A stretch of DNA of 64,000 bases from Acidobacteriota bacterium (GTDB lineage Bacteria; Acidobacteriota; Vicinamibacteria; Vicinamibacterales; UBA2999), in NCBI GenBank assembly GCA_018000455.1, contig JAGNJW010000001.1, forward strand, positions 262,311 through 326,310. The letters run 5' to 3'. Numbering within the stretch: the first letter of the stretch is position 1; every line of letters starts with the position of its first letter. A program made the translations under genes and the position numbers. The notes under the pieces are model-generated. The model had not been told where the DNA came from, ran no database searches, and saw only the letters and a list, made by a program, of their open reading frames with translations. Shown here piece after piece: positions 38,934-48,425 of this stretch.

Positions 38934-40865
38934 TCATCGCGGCGGCTGGCTCGTCGTGACGCCCGCCGGGATGATCGGCAGGATGATGTGCGATGCGTGC
39001 GCCGGTTCGTGGAACACGGCGTTCTCGGCGACCTGCGTGCGGCGGTTGTCGTTGAGCGGCTCACCCGTGTTGGGGTTCACGTCGAAGCGCGGGAAGTTGC
39101 TGCTCGAGATGTCGAGCCGGATGCGGTGTCCTTTCCGGAACACCAGCGACGTCGGGTACATCTCGATCGTGAACGCGTAGGGCGTGCCCGGCGTCATCAG
39201 CGCGGCCGGGCCGGCGCCGTTGCGGTAGCGCGCGCGCACGATGCTGTCGCCGACGTTCAAGTCCACGCCGTTCGGGTAGTCCCTGCTCGGTGGATACACG
39301 TCGACGAGCTTGGCGGTGAAGTCGGTGTCGGTGGCGCTCGACGCGGCGAAGAGCTTCACGACGAGCCTGCCGGTCACCTCGGTGTCCCGGTCGAGCGGCG
39401 GTGTCTGGAACACGAGCACGTCGTTTCGTGCCGAGAGGGGATTGGCATCGGTGCACAGCCAGAAGTCGGCGCGGCACTTCTGGTCGGATGCCCCCTGGAA
39501 CATCAGCACGCCCTGCGACGACACGTTCCCGCCGAGCGTGGGCACGGGGTGCTTCGGGTCGAACAGGTACTTCGTGGGCGGCCCCTCCTTCGGCGTCTCG
39601 GGCGACAGGCGCCCGCCGGCGTGCAGGTAGTAGGGCGTGGCCTGGGTGCGGGCCAGCGGCCATTCCTGTTCGTCGCGCCAGCGGCCGCCGACGAACAGCC
39701 GCCCGGCGGCGGTCTTGCGCGGCTCGCCTGCGCCCATCACGTAGAGCCGCACCGGCGGCTCCTTGTCGACGCCGTTCTGCGTGCCCTTCAGCCAGCGGTC
39801 GAGCCACCGCAGGCGCCACGCGTCGAAGTCGAGGGCCGCGTCGGCCGTGAACTCCGCGTCGCCGGCAAAGCTGCGGGTCTGGCCGCCGTGAGTCCACGGA
39901 CCGATGATGAGGCGCTGCAGGCTCTTCTTGGCCTTCGTCAGCTCCACGTAGTTCATGTTGGCGACCTGCGTGCCCCACGAGTCGTACCAGCCCGTGATGT
40001 GGTACACGGGCACGTCCTTGTAGTCGGCCAGGTGGTCCACCACGCTCGATCCGGCGTTCTTCCAGAAGTCGTCGTAGTCGCCATGCTGCATCGCTTCGAC
40101 GAGCCAGCGCTCGTAGTCGGGCGCGAACTTGAGCGGCGTGGTGCCGGGCCGGAGCGGCAGCGCGAAGATGTAGTCGCGCGTGCGGGTGCCGAAGTCCGCG
40201 AGCGCCGGGGCCGCCTCGGGCGGCGACGCCGCCCGCAGGGCCGCCGCGCCTTCGAACGGCGTGCCCGTGGCGTTGCCCATCGTGTAGACCCAGTTGAGGA
40301 ACCGCAGTTCGAAGGCGCCGTTGTGACGCACGCCGTAATGGCCGGTGTTCGACATGGCATCCACCGGGATCATCGTCTTCAGCCCGGGCGCGCCGGCAAT
40401 CGCGAGTGCGTGCTGCGTCGCGCCGGCGTACGACGTGCCCACGGTGCCGATGCCGCCGTCGCTCCATGGCTGCCGGATGATCCACGCGGCCGTGTCGGCG
40501 CCGTCGTTCGGGTCGTCGGCGATCGGACGCCAGTGCCCTTCCGAGGCGTAGCGGCCACGGACATCCTGCAGCACCACCACGTAGCCGCGGGGCACGAAGT
40601 AGTCGGCCAGCGCCGAGTCGCGCGCCTTGTTGTAGGGCGTGCGCTGGAGGATCGCCGGGAACGCGCCGTCTACGGGCAGGCCGTCCTTCGCCGGCCGGTA
40701 GACGTCGGTGCCGAGCTTCACGCCGTCACGGGCGGACACCATCACGTTCCTGGCCATGACTACGTCGTAGGCAACGGCCGACTGCCCGGCGGCGGGCACG
40801 CGAAGGTCCGCGGCGGCGATGCCGGCGGCGATCAGCAGGGCGACGAGCGAGCGGCGCAGGGTCAT
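38934..40865 (-). CDS. CocE/NonD-family hydrolase (S15 X-Pro dipeptidyl-peptidase-like), exported
   Basis: Signal peptide. RTPYNK, VVLQDVRGRYASEG, the GTSYAG nucleophile elbow, and a C-terminal beta-sandwich (PTSLVFRKGHRIRLDISSSNFPRFD). Confidence 0.85.
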   Translation of the reverse strand: MTLRRSLVALLIAAGIAAADLRVPAAGQSAVAYDVVMARNVMVSARDGVKLGTDVYRPAKDGLPVDGAFPAILQRTPYNKARDSALADYFVPRGYVVVLQDVRGRYASEGHWRPIADDPNDGADTAAWIIRQPWSDGGIGTVGTSYAGATQHALAIAGAPGLKTMIPVDAMSNTGHYGVRHNGAFELRFLNWVYTMGNATGTPFEGAAALRAASPPEAAPALADFGTRTRDYIFALPLRPGTTPLKFAPDYERWLVEAMQHGDYDDFWKNAGSSVVDHLADYKDVPVYHITGWYDSWGTQVANMNYVELTKAKKSLQRLIIGPWTHGGQTRSFAGDAEFTADAALDFDAWRLRWLDRWLKGTQNGVDKEPPVRLYVMGAGEPRKTAAGRLFVGGRWRDEQEWPLARTQATPYYLHAGGRLSPETPKEGPPTKYLFDPKHPVPTLGGNVSSQGVLMFQGASDQKCRADFWLCTDANPLSARNDVLVFQTPPLDRDTEVTGRLVVKLFAASSATDTDFTAKLVDVYPPSRDYPNGVDLNVGDSIVRARYRNGAGPAALMTPGTPYAFTIEMYPTSLVFRKGHRIRLDISSSNFPRFDVNPNTGEPLNDNRRTQVAENAVFHEPAHASHIILPIIPAGVTTSQPPR

Positions 40866-40934
40866 GGGGTCCCTCGTGACGCGGATTCTACTCCCGGAGC
40901 GGGCGCCACGGCGCTCTCGCTAGCGGGCCCATGA

Positions 40935-41235
40935 GTGCTGAAGTACGCCGTCGACGACCTGGCGTCCGGCGTCACCGGCGGAACGGATCCGCGGCGACGC
41001 CCTGGTGATGTTCGAGCTCACCGCCGTCGGCGGCGTCTTCCGCTTCTTCCAGCGCCGCCTGATCATCGACGTGTCGCGCGACGTCGAGTACGACCTGCGC
41101 AACGACTTCTTCGCAGCCTTGCAGACCTTCGAGCCCGCCTACCTCCAGCGCAATCGCACCGGCGACCTGATGTTGCGGGCCACCAACGACCTCAATGCAG
41201 TCCGCCCCCGACTCCCTCGAGAGCTCGGCACTTGA
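40935..41235 (+). pseudogene. ABC exporter transmembrane-domain fragment (frameshifted, truncated at both ends)
   Basis: [13 protein letters not shown] in one frame, then [64 protein letters not shown] in another. This is a typical ABC_membrane segment. There is no ATPase domain. Confidence 0.6.
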
Positions 41236-41485
41236 TAAAAACGCGTCCGCCACGAGTTTCCGCTGTGCCAAGCCTGGGTCGGATAACACTGATTCTGTCG
41301 CCCCCAGACCCTGCCAATATTGCCTATCGTCCCGACGAGGACCCGGCGCACCTGGCCGCGCGAAAGGCCGTGGAACAAGGCTTCCATCCGCCGCTCGACA
41401 TCGTGGACGGCGCCGCCCGGATCGGCGATCCCATCATCACCGGTATCAACACCGGCACGCACGTGTGGGGACAGTTCCTGAAGGA

Positions 41486-42670
41486 CTACCGTCCGACCGA
41501 CTGGTAGTCGGGTGCGCCAGCCGGCGTCAGCGACTCGAGTCCGGCGACGATGTCGGCCACGAGGTCGCGGGTGCTCTCCAGGCCAGGCGATAGACGGATG
41601 AGCGTCTCGGTGATCCCGCGCGCGTGCCGCGTCTCGGCCGGGATCGAAGCGTGGGTCATTCGCGCCGGCAGGCTGATGAGCGCGCGCACGCCGCCGAGGC
41701 TCTCGCCGAGGGCGAAGTAGCGGCACGACGAGGCGAGACGCACGGCCTCGTCCGGCGTCCCGTCCAGTTCGAACGACACCATGCCGCCGAATCCACTCAT
41801 CTGCGCGGTGGCGATGGCGTGACCGGGATGCGACGGCAGGCCGGGATAGTAGGTGCGGCTGACGCGCGGGTGGGCCAGCAGGGCTTCGGCAATGGCCCGG
41901 GCCGTCGCGGCATGACGCTCCATCCTGAGTTCGAGGGTCTTGAGCCCACGCAGCGTGAGCCAGCAATCGAAGGCCCCGGGTACGGCGCCGAGCGCGTTCT
42001 GCAGGAACCTCACCGGCTCGAAGACCGCCTGCTCACGGGCGATGACTGCGCCCTGGATGACGTCCGAGTGGCCGGCCAGGTACTTCGTCACGCTGTGCAC
42101 GACGAGGTCGGCGCCAAGCTCGAGCGGCTGCTGAAAATACGGGGTCGCAAAGGTGTTGTCGACGACGACGAGCGCATTCCGCTGGTGCGCGATGGCGGCA
42201 ATGGCGCGGAGGTCGTAGACGAGCAGTCGCGGGTTGGTCGGCGACTCGAGCCACACGAGCCGGACTTCGGGCGTGATGGCGCGAGCGACGGCATCGGGAT
42301 CGGAGAAGTCGACCGGGATCACCGTGCAGCCCAGCGGCTCGAACACGCGATGCAGCAGGCGGAACGTGCCGCCGTAGAGGTCGAGCGGCACGACGATGGC
42401 GCTGCCCGGCGGCAGGTAGGCCTGCAGGACGGCGTGCTCGGCGGCCAGACCCGACCCGAACACGGCGCAGTGACGGCCGCGCTCGAGGTCGGCGAGCACT
42501 CCTTCCAACCGCTCACGCGTGGGATTGTTGGTGCGCGAGTAGTCGAAACCGCGATTGTCGCCGGGTGCCTGCTGCTCGTATGTCGTCGTCTGGTAGATCG
42601 GCGCCACGATGGCGCCGGTCGCCGGATCGGTCGGCTGGTTGAAGTGAATGGTCCTGGTCGCGAACTCCAT
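41486..42670 (-). CDS. Cys/Met-metabolism PLP-dependent enzyme (cystathionine gamma-synthase / beta-lyase / sulfhydrylase family)
   Basis: [17 protein letters not shown] and the [15 protein letters not shown]-lysine motif. AGGAG lies 7 nt before ATG 42670. A SAM-I riboswitch lies upstream. Confidence 0.9.
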   Translation of the reverse strand: MEFATRTIHFNQPTDPATGAIVAPIYQTTTYEQQAPGDNRGFDYSRTNNPTRERLEGVLADLERGRHCAVFGSGLAAEHAVLQAYLPPGSAIVVPLDLYGGTFRLLHRVFEPLGCTVIPVDFSDPDAVARAITPEVRLVWLESPTNPRLLVYDLRAIAAIAHQRNALVVVDNTFATPYFQQPLELGADLVVHSVTKYLAGHSDVIQGAVIAREQAVFEPVRFLQNALGAVPGAFDCWLTLRGLKTLELRMERHAATARAIAEALLAHPRVSRTYYPGLPSHPGHAIATAQMSGFGGMVSFELDGTPDEAVRLASSCRYFALGESLGGVRALISLPARMTHASIPAETRHARGITETLIRLSPGLESTRDLVADIVAGLESLTPAGAPDYQSVGR

Positions 42671-42852
42671 GCGTGACTCCTGAACGAGGGGCCTCGGGCT
42701 GGCCAGGTACTGATGAGTGCGGCGTGCCGTGCCCGGGCGGCCTCCGCGATGGCGTGGCGCCATCTGGATGAAGGGCCGGCCGGTGCCGGGGTTGAGCGTG
42801 GGAACCGCGAACGCCACGAGGGCGACAGGTCGAACGACAGGCATCACGGCGG

Positions 42853-42950
42853 CTTATCTCCCCGAACGTTCGGGCAGGAATTGGCACCTGGGCGCTGCGC
42901 CTGGTTGCCGTGGCGTCGTCGGGCCTGGCCCCTCAGCCACTCTGGATAAG
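42853..42950 (-). promoter_or_regulatory. SAM-I (S-box) riboswitch aptamer
   Basis: The minus-strand RNA is CUUAUCCAGAGUGGCUGAGGGGCCAGGCCCGACGACGCCACGGCAACCAG..AGGUGCCAAUUCCUGCCCGAACGUUCGGGGAGAUAAG. It has P1 CUUAUC/GAUAAG, the GAGGG kink-turn region, the GGCAACC and GGUGCCAAUUCC conserved blocks and a P4 hairpin. It lies upstream of a methionine-pathway gene. Confidence 0.85.
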
Positions 42951-42977
42951 TGCCGCGAGCGGGTCGCGACGAGGGGC

Positions 42978-43006
42978 AGGATATGATAACAATCAATGTA
43001 TGTCAA
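42978..43006 (-). promoter_or_regulatory. candidate sigma70-type promoter for the riboswitch/met gene
   Basis: On the minus strand: TTGACA (43006..43001), a 17-nt spacer, then TATCCT (42983..42978). It sits about 28 nt upstream of riboswitch P1, inside an AT-rich island. Confidence 0.5.
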
Positions 43007-43017
43007 TACATTGATTG
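42990..43017. repeat. perfect 12-bp inverted repeat with 4-nt spacer (CAATCAATGTAT-GTCA-ATACATTGATTG)
   Basis: Read directly from the sequence. The centre of the palindrome coincides with the TTGACA -35 hexamer. Confidence 0.9.
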
Positions 43018-43055
43018 ACATGAAGACGCCTCTGCCTGCGACTGGTTGGGCGGCG

Positions 43056-43244
43056 TTACCGCCGGTGGGCGTAGACAGAGAGGCGGCGGGCCGAGAGAAA
43101 CGCCAGGAGCACCCCGCCGACGACCGGCGCCGGGATGTCCAAGCGGTCGAGCACGCCCACCCGCCGCCGGATGCCGTAGCCCGCAAACAGGACCAGCGTG
43201 GCCATGGCCAGCGTCTGGATGAGGTCGAGTGTGAGTGTCGTCAC
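43056..43244 (-). pseudogene. gltS: sodium/glutamate symporter GltS N-terminal remnant
   Basis: MTTLTLDLIQTLAMATLVLFAGYGIRRRVGVLDRLDIPAPVVGGVLLAFL parallels the GltS N-terminus (..TL..LLLG......FL.K..IPEPV.GGLL.AL). It stops after ~60 aa, against ~400 aa expected. Confidence 0.65.
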
Positions 43245-43365
43245 AGGGTGCCGGCGCCACTATGCGGCACCTCGGTCACTCGTGATTGATCCTCGCGATG
43301 TCGTTCCGTCTTGCTATCATCTCCGGCTGTCGGTCGCACCCTGGCGACCGGGATGGGACCCGATA

Positions 43366-45444
43366 ATGTCTGCACAGCGTTGGAATCGAATCGGCGTCGC
43401 GGCGACGCTCACGGTGGCTGTCGCGTTGGTGGCCGGGCCTGACCTCCGCCTCACGGCGCAGTCTCCGGCGCAGGCCGGCACGGCCGGTGGGGAGTGGGGA
43501 GTCTGGGGTGGCGACCTCGCCAGCTCGAGGTATTCGCCGCTTTCGCAGATCGACGAGACCAACTTCGACAAACTGCAGGTCATCTGGCGTTGGAAGGCAG
43601 CCAACTACGGGCCCGAGCCGGACCGCATCTATCGCGCCACGCCGCTCTACGTGAACGGCAAGCTCTACACGGTGGCAGGTCTCAGGCGCACGGTCACCTG
43701 CATCGACCCGGCCACCGGCGAGACGCTCTGGATGTTCCGTGAGAAGGACAACCCGCGCTGGGCCGCCTCGACGCGCAAGAACTACGGCAAGGGCGTGGCC
43801 TTTGCGCGCGTCGACGGCCGGCCCGTCATCTACATGGCGAGCGCGGGGTCGTACCTCTACGCGCTCGATGCCGATACCGGCCAGCCGCTGCCGTTCTTCG
43901 GCAACAACGGGGTCGTGGATCTGCACCTGGGCCTCGGACCGTACTCCGTCGATCCCGACCGCGGCGTGCTCGACTGGGGCGACATCACGACGTCATCGGC
44001 GCCGATTGTCGTCAACGGCGTGCTCGTCGTCGGCAACTCGCACGACCGTGGCTACTATCCCGAGAACCGCGAGAACATCCCGGGCGTGATCCGCGGCTAC
44101 GACGCCAGGTCGGGGCGGCTGCTCTGGAAGTTCAACCCGGTGCCCCAGGCCGGCGAGCCGTTCAACGACACCTGGGAGGACGAGTCCTGGAAGTACACCG
44201 GCAACGTGTCGCCGTGGGCGCCGCTGTCGGCCGATCCGGCGCTCGGCCTCGTCTACGTGGGCACCGATACCCCCACCAACGACTACTACGGCGGCAGCCG
44301 GCACGGCGCCAATGCCTTTGGCACGACGCTGCTGGCGCTCGATGTGAAGACCGGCGCGCGCAAGTGGCACTTCCAGTTCGTCCATCACGACATCTGGAAC
44401 ATGGACTTGCCCGACGCCCCGCATCTGCTCGACATCACGGTGGACGGGCGTCGCATCCCCGCCATCGCGCAGGCGACCAAGCAGGGGTGGGTCTATGTCT
44501 TCAACCGCGAGACGGGCGAGCCCGTGTGGCCGATTGTCGAGAAGGCCGTGCCGCAGTCGGACGTGCCCGGTGAGAAGACCTGGCCCACCCAGCCGCATGT
44601 GACCCGGCCGGCGCCGTTCGCCATCCAGGGATTCACCGAGAACGACATGGTGGACTTCACGCCAGCGCTGCGGGCCGAGGCCATCGCGAACGCGAAGCTG
44701 TTTCGCCAGGGGCCGCTCTTCACGCCGCCGTCGCTCGTCAACGCGCCCGACGGCACGCTCGGCGCGTTTCTCGTGCCGGGCTCGAACGGCGGAGCGAACA
44801 TCCCCGGCGGCGCCGCCGTCGACCCGGAGACCGGCTGGATGTACGTGGCCGCCCAGCACGGTTACACCGAGATCATCGCGCTGACGCCCGCCCAGGAGAA
44901 GTACCCCGAGGGCAAGCCGTGGGCCGGCTGGGGCAGTGAGACCGGCAAGATTACCTCGCTGTACGTCTCGACGCCGTCGCCCGTGCGCGGCGTGTCCGGC
45001 GGGCCCAACGCCCAGCTGCCGATCATCAAGCCGCCTTACGGCAGCATCACCGGCTACGACATGAACAAGGGCGATCTCGTTTTCCAGATCCCGAATGGCG
45101 AGACGCCGGACTTCGTGCGCGACCACCCGGCGCTCAAAGGGGTGACGATCGGCAACACGGGGCAGAACTCGCACGCCAACCTGCTCGTGACCAAGACGCT
45201 GCTGATGTACGGCGAGGGCCGCGGCGGCGACCGCTACTTCCGGGCTGTGGACAAGAAGACCGGCCGTGAGTTCGGGAAGGTGGCCCTGCCGGCGCAGACC
45301 AACACCGCGCCCCTGACCTTCATGCACAACGGCCATCAATACATCGTGGCCGCGATCGCCAGCGGCGATGTCGCCGCCGAGCTGGTGGCGCTGGCCCTGC
45401 CGGCCGCTCGAGTGGCGCGTACGCCCAACGGCCCCGGGAACTGA
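43366..45444 (+). CDS. PQQ-dependent dehydrogenase (quinoprotein glucose/alcohol dehydrogenase family), exported
   Basis: Signal peptide. PQQ beta-propeller motifs (W..WGGDLASSRYSPL, ATPLYVNGKLYT, DPATGETLW, ALDADTGQ, DIWNMD, ALDVKTGARKW). Confidence 0.85.
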   Translation: MSAQRWNRIGVAATLTVAVALVAGPDLRLTAQSPAQAGTAGGEWGVWGGDLASSRYSPLSQIDETNFDKLQVIWRWKAANYGPEPDRIYRATPLYVNGKLYTVAGLRRTVTCIDPATGETLWMFREKDNPRWAASTRKNYGKGVAFARVDGRPVIYMASAGSYLYALDADTGQPLPFFGNNGVVDLHLGLGPYSVDPDRGVLDWGDITTSSAPIVVNGVLVVGNSHDRGYYPENRENIPGVIRGYDARSGRLLWKFNPVPQAGEPFNDTWEDESWKYTGNVSPWAPLSADPALGLVYVGTDTPTNDYYGGSRHGANAFGTTLLALDVKTGARKWHFQFVHHDIWNMDLPDAPHLLDITVDGRRIPAIAQATKQGWVYVFNRETGEPVWPIVEKAVPQSDVPGEKTWPTQPHVTRPAPFAIQGFTENDMVDFTPALRAEAIANAKLFRQGPLFTPPSLVNAPDGTLGAFLVPGSNGGANIPGGAAVDPETGWMYVAAQHGYTEIIALTPAQEKYPEGKPWAGWGSETGKITSLYVSTPSPVRGVSGGPNAQLPIIKPPYGSITGYDMNKGDLVFQIPNGETPDFVRDHPALKGVTIGNTGQNSHANLLVTKTLLMYGEGRGGDRYFRAVDKKTGREFGKVALPAQTNTAPLTFMHNGHQYIVAAIASGDVAAELVALALPAARVARTPNGPGN

Positions 45445-45539
45445 CCGACCCCGCATTGGCCGGGATGGACCCAGGCGCGTGGCGGTGTTTCAGCGCGCTG
45501 CCCAGCGCATGCGTTCCAGCGTCTGGCGCCAGACGTCCG

Positions 45540-45670
45540 CCGCTCGAGTACCAGCACCCTGGCGCCGGCCTTGGCCAGTCGGTAGGCGCACACCGCGCCG
45601 CCGAATCCGCTGCCCACGATGGCGACATCGAACTGCGCAGCCACGGCCTGCCGGTGAACATCTCGTTCAT
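45540..45670 (-). pseudogene. GMC/FAD oxidoreductase N-terminal fragment
   Basis: Only the dinucleotide-binding start FDVAIVGSGFGGAVCAYRLAKAGARVLVLER is present. The sequence then degenerates and no clean start codon is in frame. Confidence 0.55.
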
Positions 45671-45754
45671 GGGCTGGGCGTGGAGCGAGCCGATGTTCTT
45701 CCGTCAGGGGGTATGCGTTCGAGCACGCGGCGAAAGCCCGCAGGACGCCGCAGT

Positions 45755-47119
45755 TCATACCGACCCTGGGGGAGACGCTTCGCAGCTCATGGCCCTGAGC
45801 AACTCGTCCCAGGCGCGCACGGCCCGAGCCCAGGAGTAAGTGCGGGCCACGTCGACTCCGCGCTGACCCAGCCGCTGCCGCTCTGAGCGATCGCGTGACA
45901 GCCAAAAAAGCGCCTGGATCGCGAGGCCCATGTCGATGACGCCGCGCACGCCATTGGTATTGAACGGCCGTGCGACCGTGGGCACGAGCACCGAGAAGGG
46001 CGCCGCATACTCGGGTGGCGCCGCGATGTCGGTGATGATGTTCGCGACGCCGCAGGCGCCAGTCTCGAGGACCGTCAACTCCCAGCCCCCGCTGTCGTAG
46101 GGTAGCAGATGCACGTCGCACGCCCCCATGCGACGAGCCAGTTCGTGCTCATCGACGCCGAGGCCCACACGGATCGATCGATCGAAGACGACCTGGTCCG
46201 AGATGCCCATGCGGTCGGCCAACAGGTCCAGATGCCATCCTCCCGACTGCGACCGCTCGATCCTCGACGGCAACTCGGTGTGCAAGTAGAGCCGCGCCGC
46301 CCGATTGACGGGCCCTCGGTGCACGTGCCCCGATCCGCAGTACCGGCAGGTCGGTGGCGCGTTTCCGGGGCCGTCGACTGGATCGACCGTAAACGGCGTG
46401 ACGCGCCAGCAGGCGTGGCACCGGACGAACGCACCCTGGGCGAACGCGCTGAATATCTCCAGGGCCCGGTCTGGATGCTTGTGCCCGGTATTCCTGCCGA
46501 AGTAGCCGACGAGCAGCGCATCGCCGTCATCGAGCCCGAAGAACCGGCGCCGCATGTCCTCGCGCGCATCCCCCGTCGGGGGCGTGAAGACGCTGGTGTC
46601 CACCCCGTGCGGAATGGGGGAAGCGACGCGCGGCGTCTCTTGCCCTGCACAGACCACATGGAGGGCGCGGCCGGCAAACGCCGTGTACGGCACGACCACA
46701 TCCACTCGTCGAAGCAGGCTGCCGGTGGGCGGGGCGAGTGGCGCCCAGTCCGTCGGCATGTAGGCCACGACGTCGACGCGGCCCCGGAGTCCCAACTGCT
46801 CCAACTGGTCGAGCACGAGGCTCTGCTGGGATCCGATCGACAGCAACAGACGTCGCGACTGCCCGGGCTGCACATCTGAAGTCAGTTCCGCCAAGAGCTT
46901 CCCGAGGCGCTCTCCGCTCAGGTCTTCAGGGGCGTCGGGCGGATCCACATCGAAGACCCGATAGGGCGGCGGCTGCCGCCAGACCGCCGGCGGATAGAAG
47001 CCGACGAAGTCCACGGACCACTGGTGCTGCGTCTGCAGTCCTCGCGCGATCTGGTCTCCGACCACCGAGAAGCCGCGGTGGAGCGAGGGGTGATCGCCGA
47101 CGACAATCAGCGCTGGCAT
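45755..47119 (-). CDS. GT-B (GT4-like) glycosyltransferase with inserted Cys4 zinc-ribbon
   Basis: N-terminal Rossmann-like start MPALIVVGDH. LVGYFGRNTGHKHPDRALEIF. C-terminal EX7E-like WELTVLETGACGV. Insert CHAC-x20-CRYC at 46337..46420. ATG 47119 lies 1 nt after the upstream stop. Confidence 0.7.
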   Translation of the reverse strand: MPALIVVGDHPSLHRGFSVVGDQIARGLQTQHQWSVDFVGFYPPAVWRQPPPYRVFDVDPPDAPEDLSGERLGKLLAELTSDVQPGQSRRLLLSIGSQQSLVLDQLEQLGLRGRVDVVAYMPTDWAPLAPPTGSLLRRVDVVVPYTAFAGRALHVVCAGQETPRVASPIPHGVDTSVFTPPTGDAREDMRRRFFGLDDGDALLVGYFGRNTGHKHPDRALEIFSAFAQGAFVRCHACWRVTPFTVDPVDGPGNAPPTCRYCGSGHVHRGPVNRAARLYLHTELPSRIERSQSGGWHLDLLADRMGISDQVVFDRSIRVGLGVDEHELARRMGACDVHLLPYDSGGWELTVLETGACGVANIITDIAAPPEYAAPFSVLVPTVARPFNTNGVRGVIDMGLAIQALFWLSRDRSERQRLGQRGVDVARTYSWARAVRAWDELLRAMSCEASPPGSV

Positions 47120-47120
47120 G

Positions 47121-48416
47121 CTAGAGCCGCTCCGAGAGCCGATCGATCTCCGCACGCCACTGACCCACGGCGACGGCCCGACGTTGTCGGCGCATGGCGT
47201 CGCCCGCCGCCAGGCTGAGGGCCGCTCGGTCAGCGGGCGATTCGGCAAGGGAGCACAGCGCTTGCACGGCGACGCCGCCGTCGATGAGCGCGTTCAGATG
47301 CCCTTCCGACGCGTAGGAAAGCGCGCAGGGCTGGACGAGCCTCGCGTGGGGCCCGATGATGTCGACTGCCGCACCGTAGCGCGTGGTGATCGTCGGGACG
47401 CCGAGGGCGCATCCCGCGAGTACTGCCGGCTCGACATCCGCCAACTGGTGAGGCAGGAAGTGGATGTCCATGGCCGTCAGCGCCTCGAGCAGCAACTCGC
47501 GCGACGTGATGAGGCGGTGCCCTTCGTCTCCGCCGATCGACACTTGACCCTCCAAGCCACAGGCGCGCCGGAACGCCGCAAACGTCCATTGGTTGGGCAC
47601 GAAGGATCGGCCGCGGGACGCCAGGACCCCATCGATGAGGACGAGGCGCGCCTCGGGATGTGGCCGACCGCGTGTCCCTTCGGTGCCCAGGCACGACGCG
47701 CACCTCGATGTCGAGATCGCCACGAGTGCATCGTCAATCGCGAACACCGTGACGCGTGCGCAGCGCGTGCAGGCCCAATACAGGCCCTGGACGAAAAGCC
47801 GGAAGATCTGAATTGCGAGAAAGCCTCGGCGATCCCCGATATCGCCGAGGCAACAACCGATGACCAGGCTCTCTGGCGGGAGACGCCACAGGCGCTGCCG
47901 AAGCGCGTCGCCATCTGAGGGCGGGCGCCGATCGTCGGATGCCACGTCCACCAGCGGCGGGATGATGACAGGAGGTCGCCGAAGGGGCGCCGACCGTTCC
48001 GCGCAGACGCGATTCACCGCGCGCGCGCCAAACGCGGACTCGGTCACGATCAGGTCGGCGAAACGAAATAGATCCGATGTCCCTGGTTGAAACGGGATCT
48101 CGGCGGAGGACGCGTGCACGACCACGCTCACGCGGGCCTTGAGGCCTGCGGTGACGAGCGCCCACATCACACGACGTTGCTCGGCGATGCTGCCGCGCAG
48201 CAGCACCAGAGGCCGCGAGGCCGCCGGCTCGAGAGAGCCGATCAACCGGCGGACGAGTCGAACCGCGCGTGTGACGACGCGCGGGGTGTCGGGCAACTCG
48301 TGGCAGCTGACCTCCCAGCGTCCCTGTTCCGCAAGCGCCCGTGCCAACGCAGGCGACGCCGGCAGCACCGGCGAACGTTCCGCGTCTCCGGCCTCGAGGA
48401 TCAGGAGGCGCTGCAC
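47121..48416 (-). CDS. GT-B-like protein, paralogue of 45755..47119, with Cys4 zinc-ribbon and degenerate acceptor/donor motif
   Basis: Same architecture as its paralogue: CTRC-x19-CASC at 47691..47771. The C-terminal region reads DVEPAVLAGCALGVPTITT, so the second Glu of EX7E is replaced. GTG start lies 9 nt after the precursor stop. Confidence 0.65.
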   Translation of the reverse strand: MQRLLILEAGDAERSPVLPASPALARALAEQGRWEVSCHELPDTPRVVTRAVRLVRRLIGSLEPAASRPLVLLRGSIAEQRRVMWALVTAGLKARVSVVVHASSAEIPFQPGTSDLFRFADLIVTESAFGARAVNRVCAERSAPLRRPPVIIPPLVDVASDDRRPPSDGDALRQRLWRLPPESLVIGCCLGDIGDRRGFLAIQIFRLFVQGLYWACTRCARVTVFAIDDALVAISTSRCASCLGTEGTRGRPHPEARLVLIDGVLASRGRSFVPNQWTFAAFRRACGLEGQVSIGGDEGHRLITSRELLLEALTAMDIHFLPHQLADVEPAVLAGCALGVPTITTRYGAAVDIIGPHARLVQPCALSYASEGHLNALIDGGVAVQALCSLAESPADRAALSLAAGDAMRRQRRAVAVGQWRAEIDRLSERL

Positions 48417-48425
48417 GCGTCGGGG

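Noticed and set aside
41240-41507. Plus-strand ORF tail ...[61 protein letters not shown] looks like a genuine protein C-terminus.
   Set aside because: I could not assign a family. It has no start or N-terminal part and overlaps the 3' end of the convergent PLP-enzyme gene. It may be another remnant, but that is unsupported.
42671-42847. N-terminal extension of the Cys/Met PLP enzyme ORF (ORF-track start at 42847).
   Set aside because: The extension runs through the riboswitch expression platform and abuts the aptamer. Family homology begins at MEFATRTIH (ATG 42670), which has an AGGAG SD.
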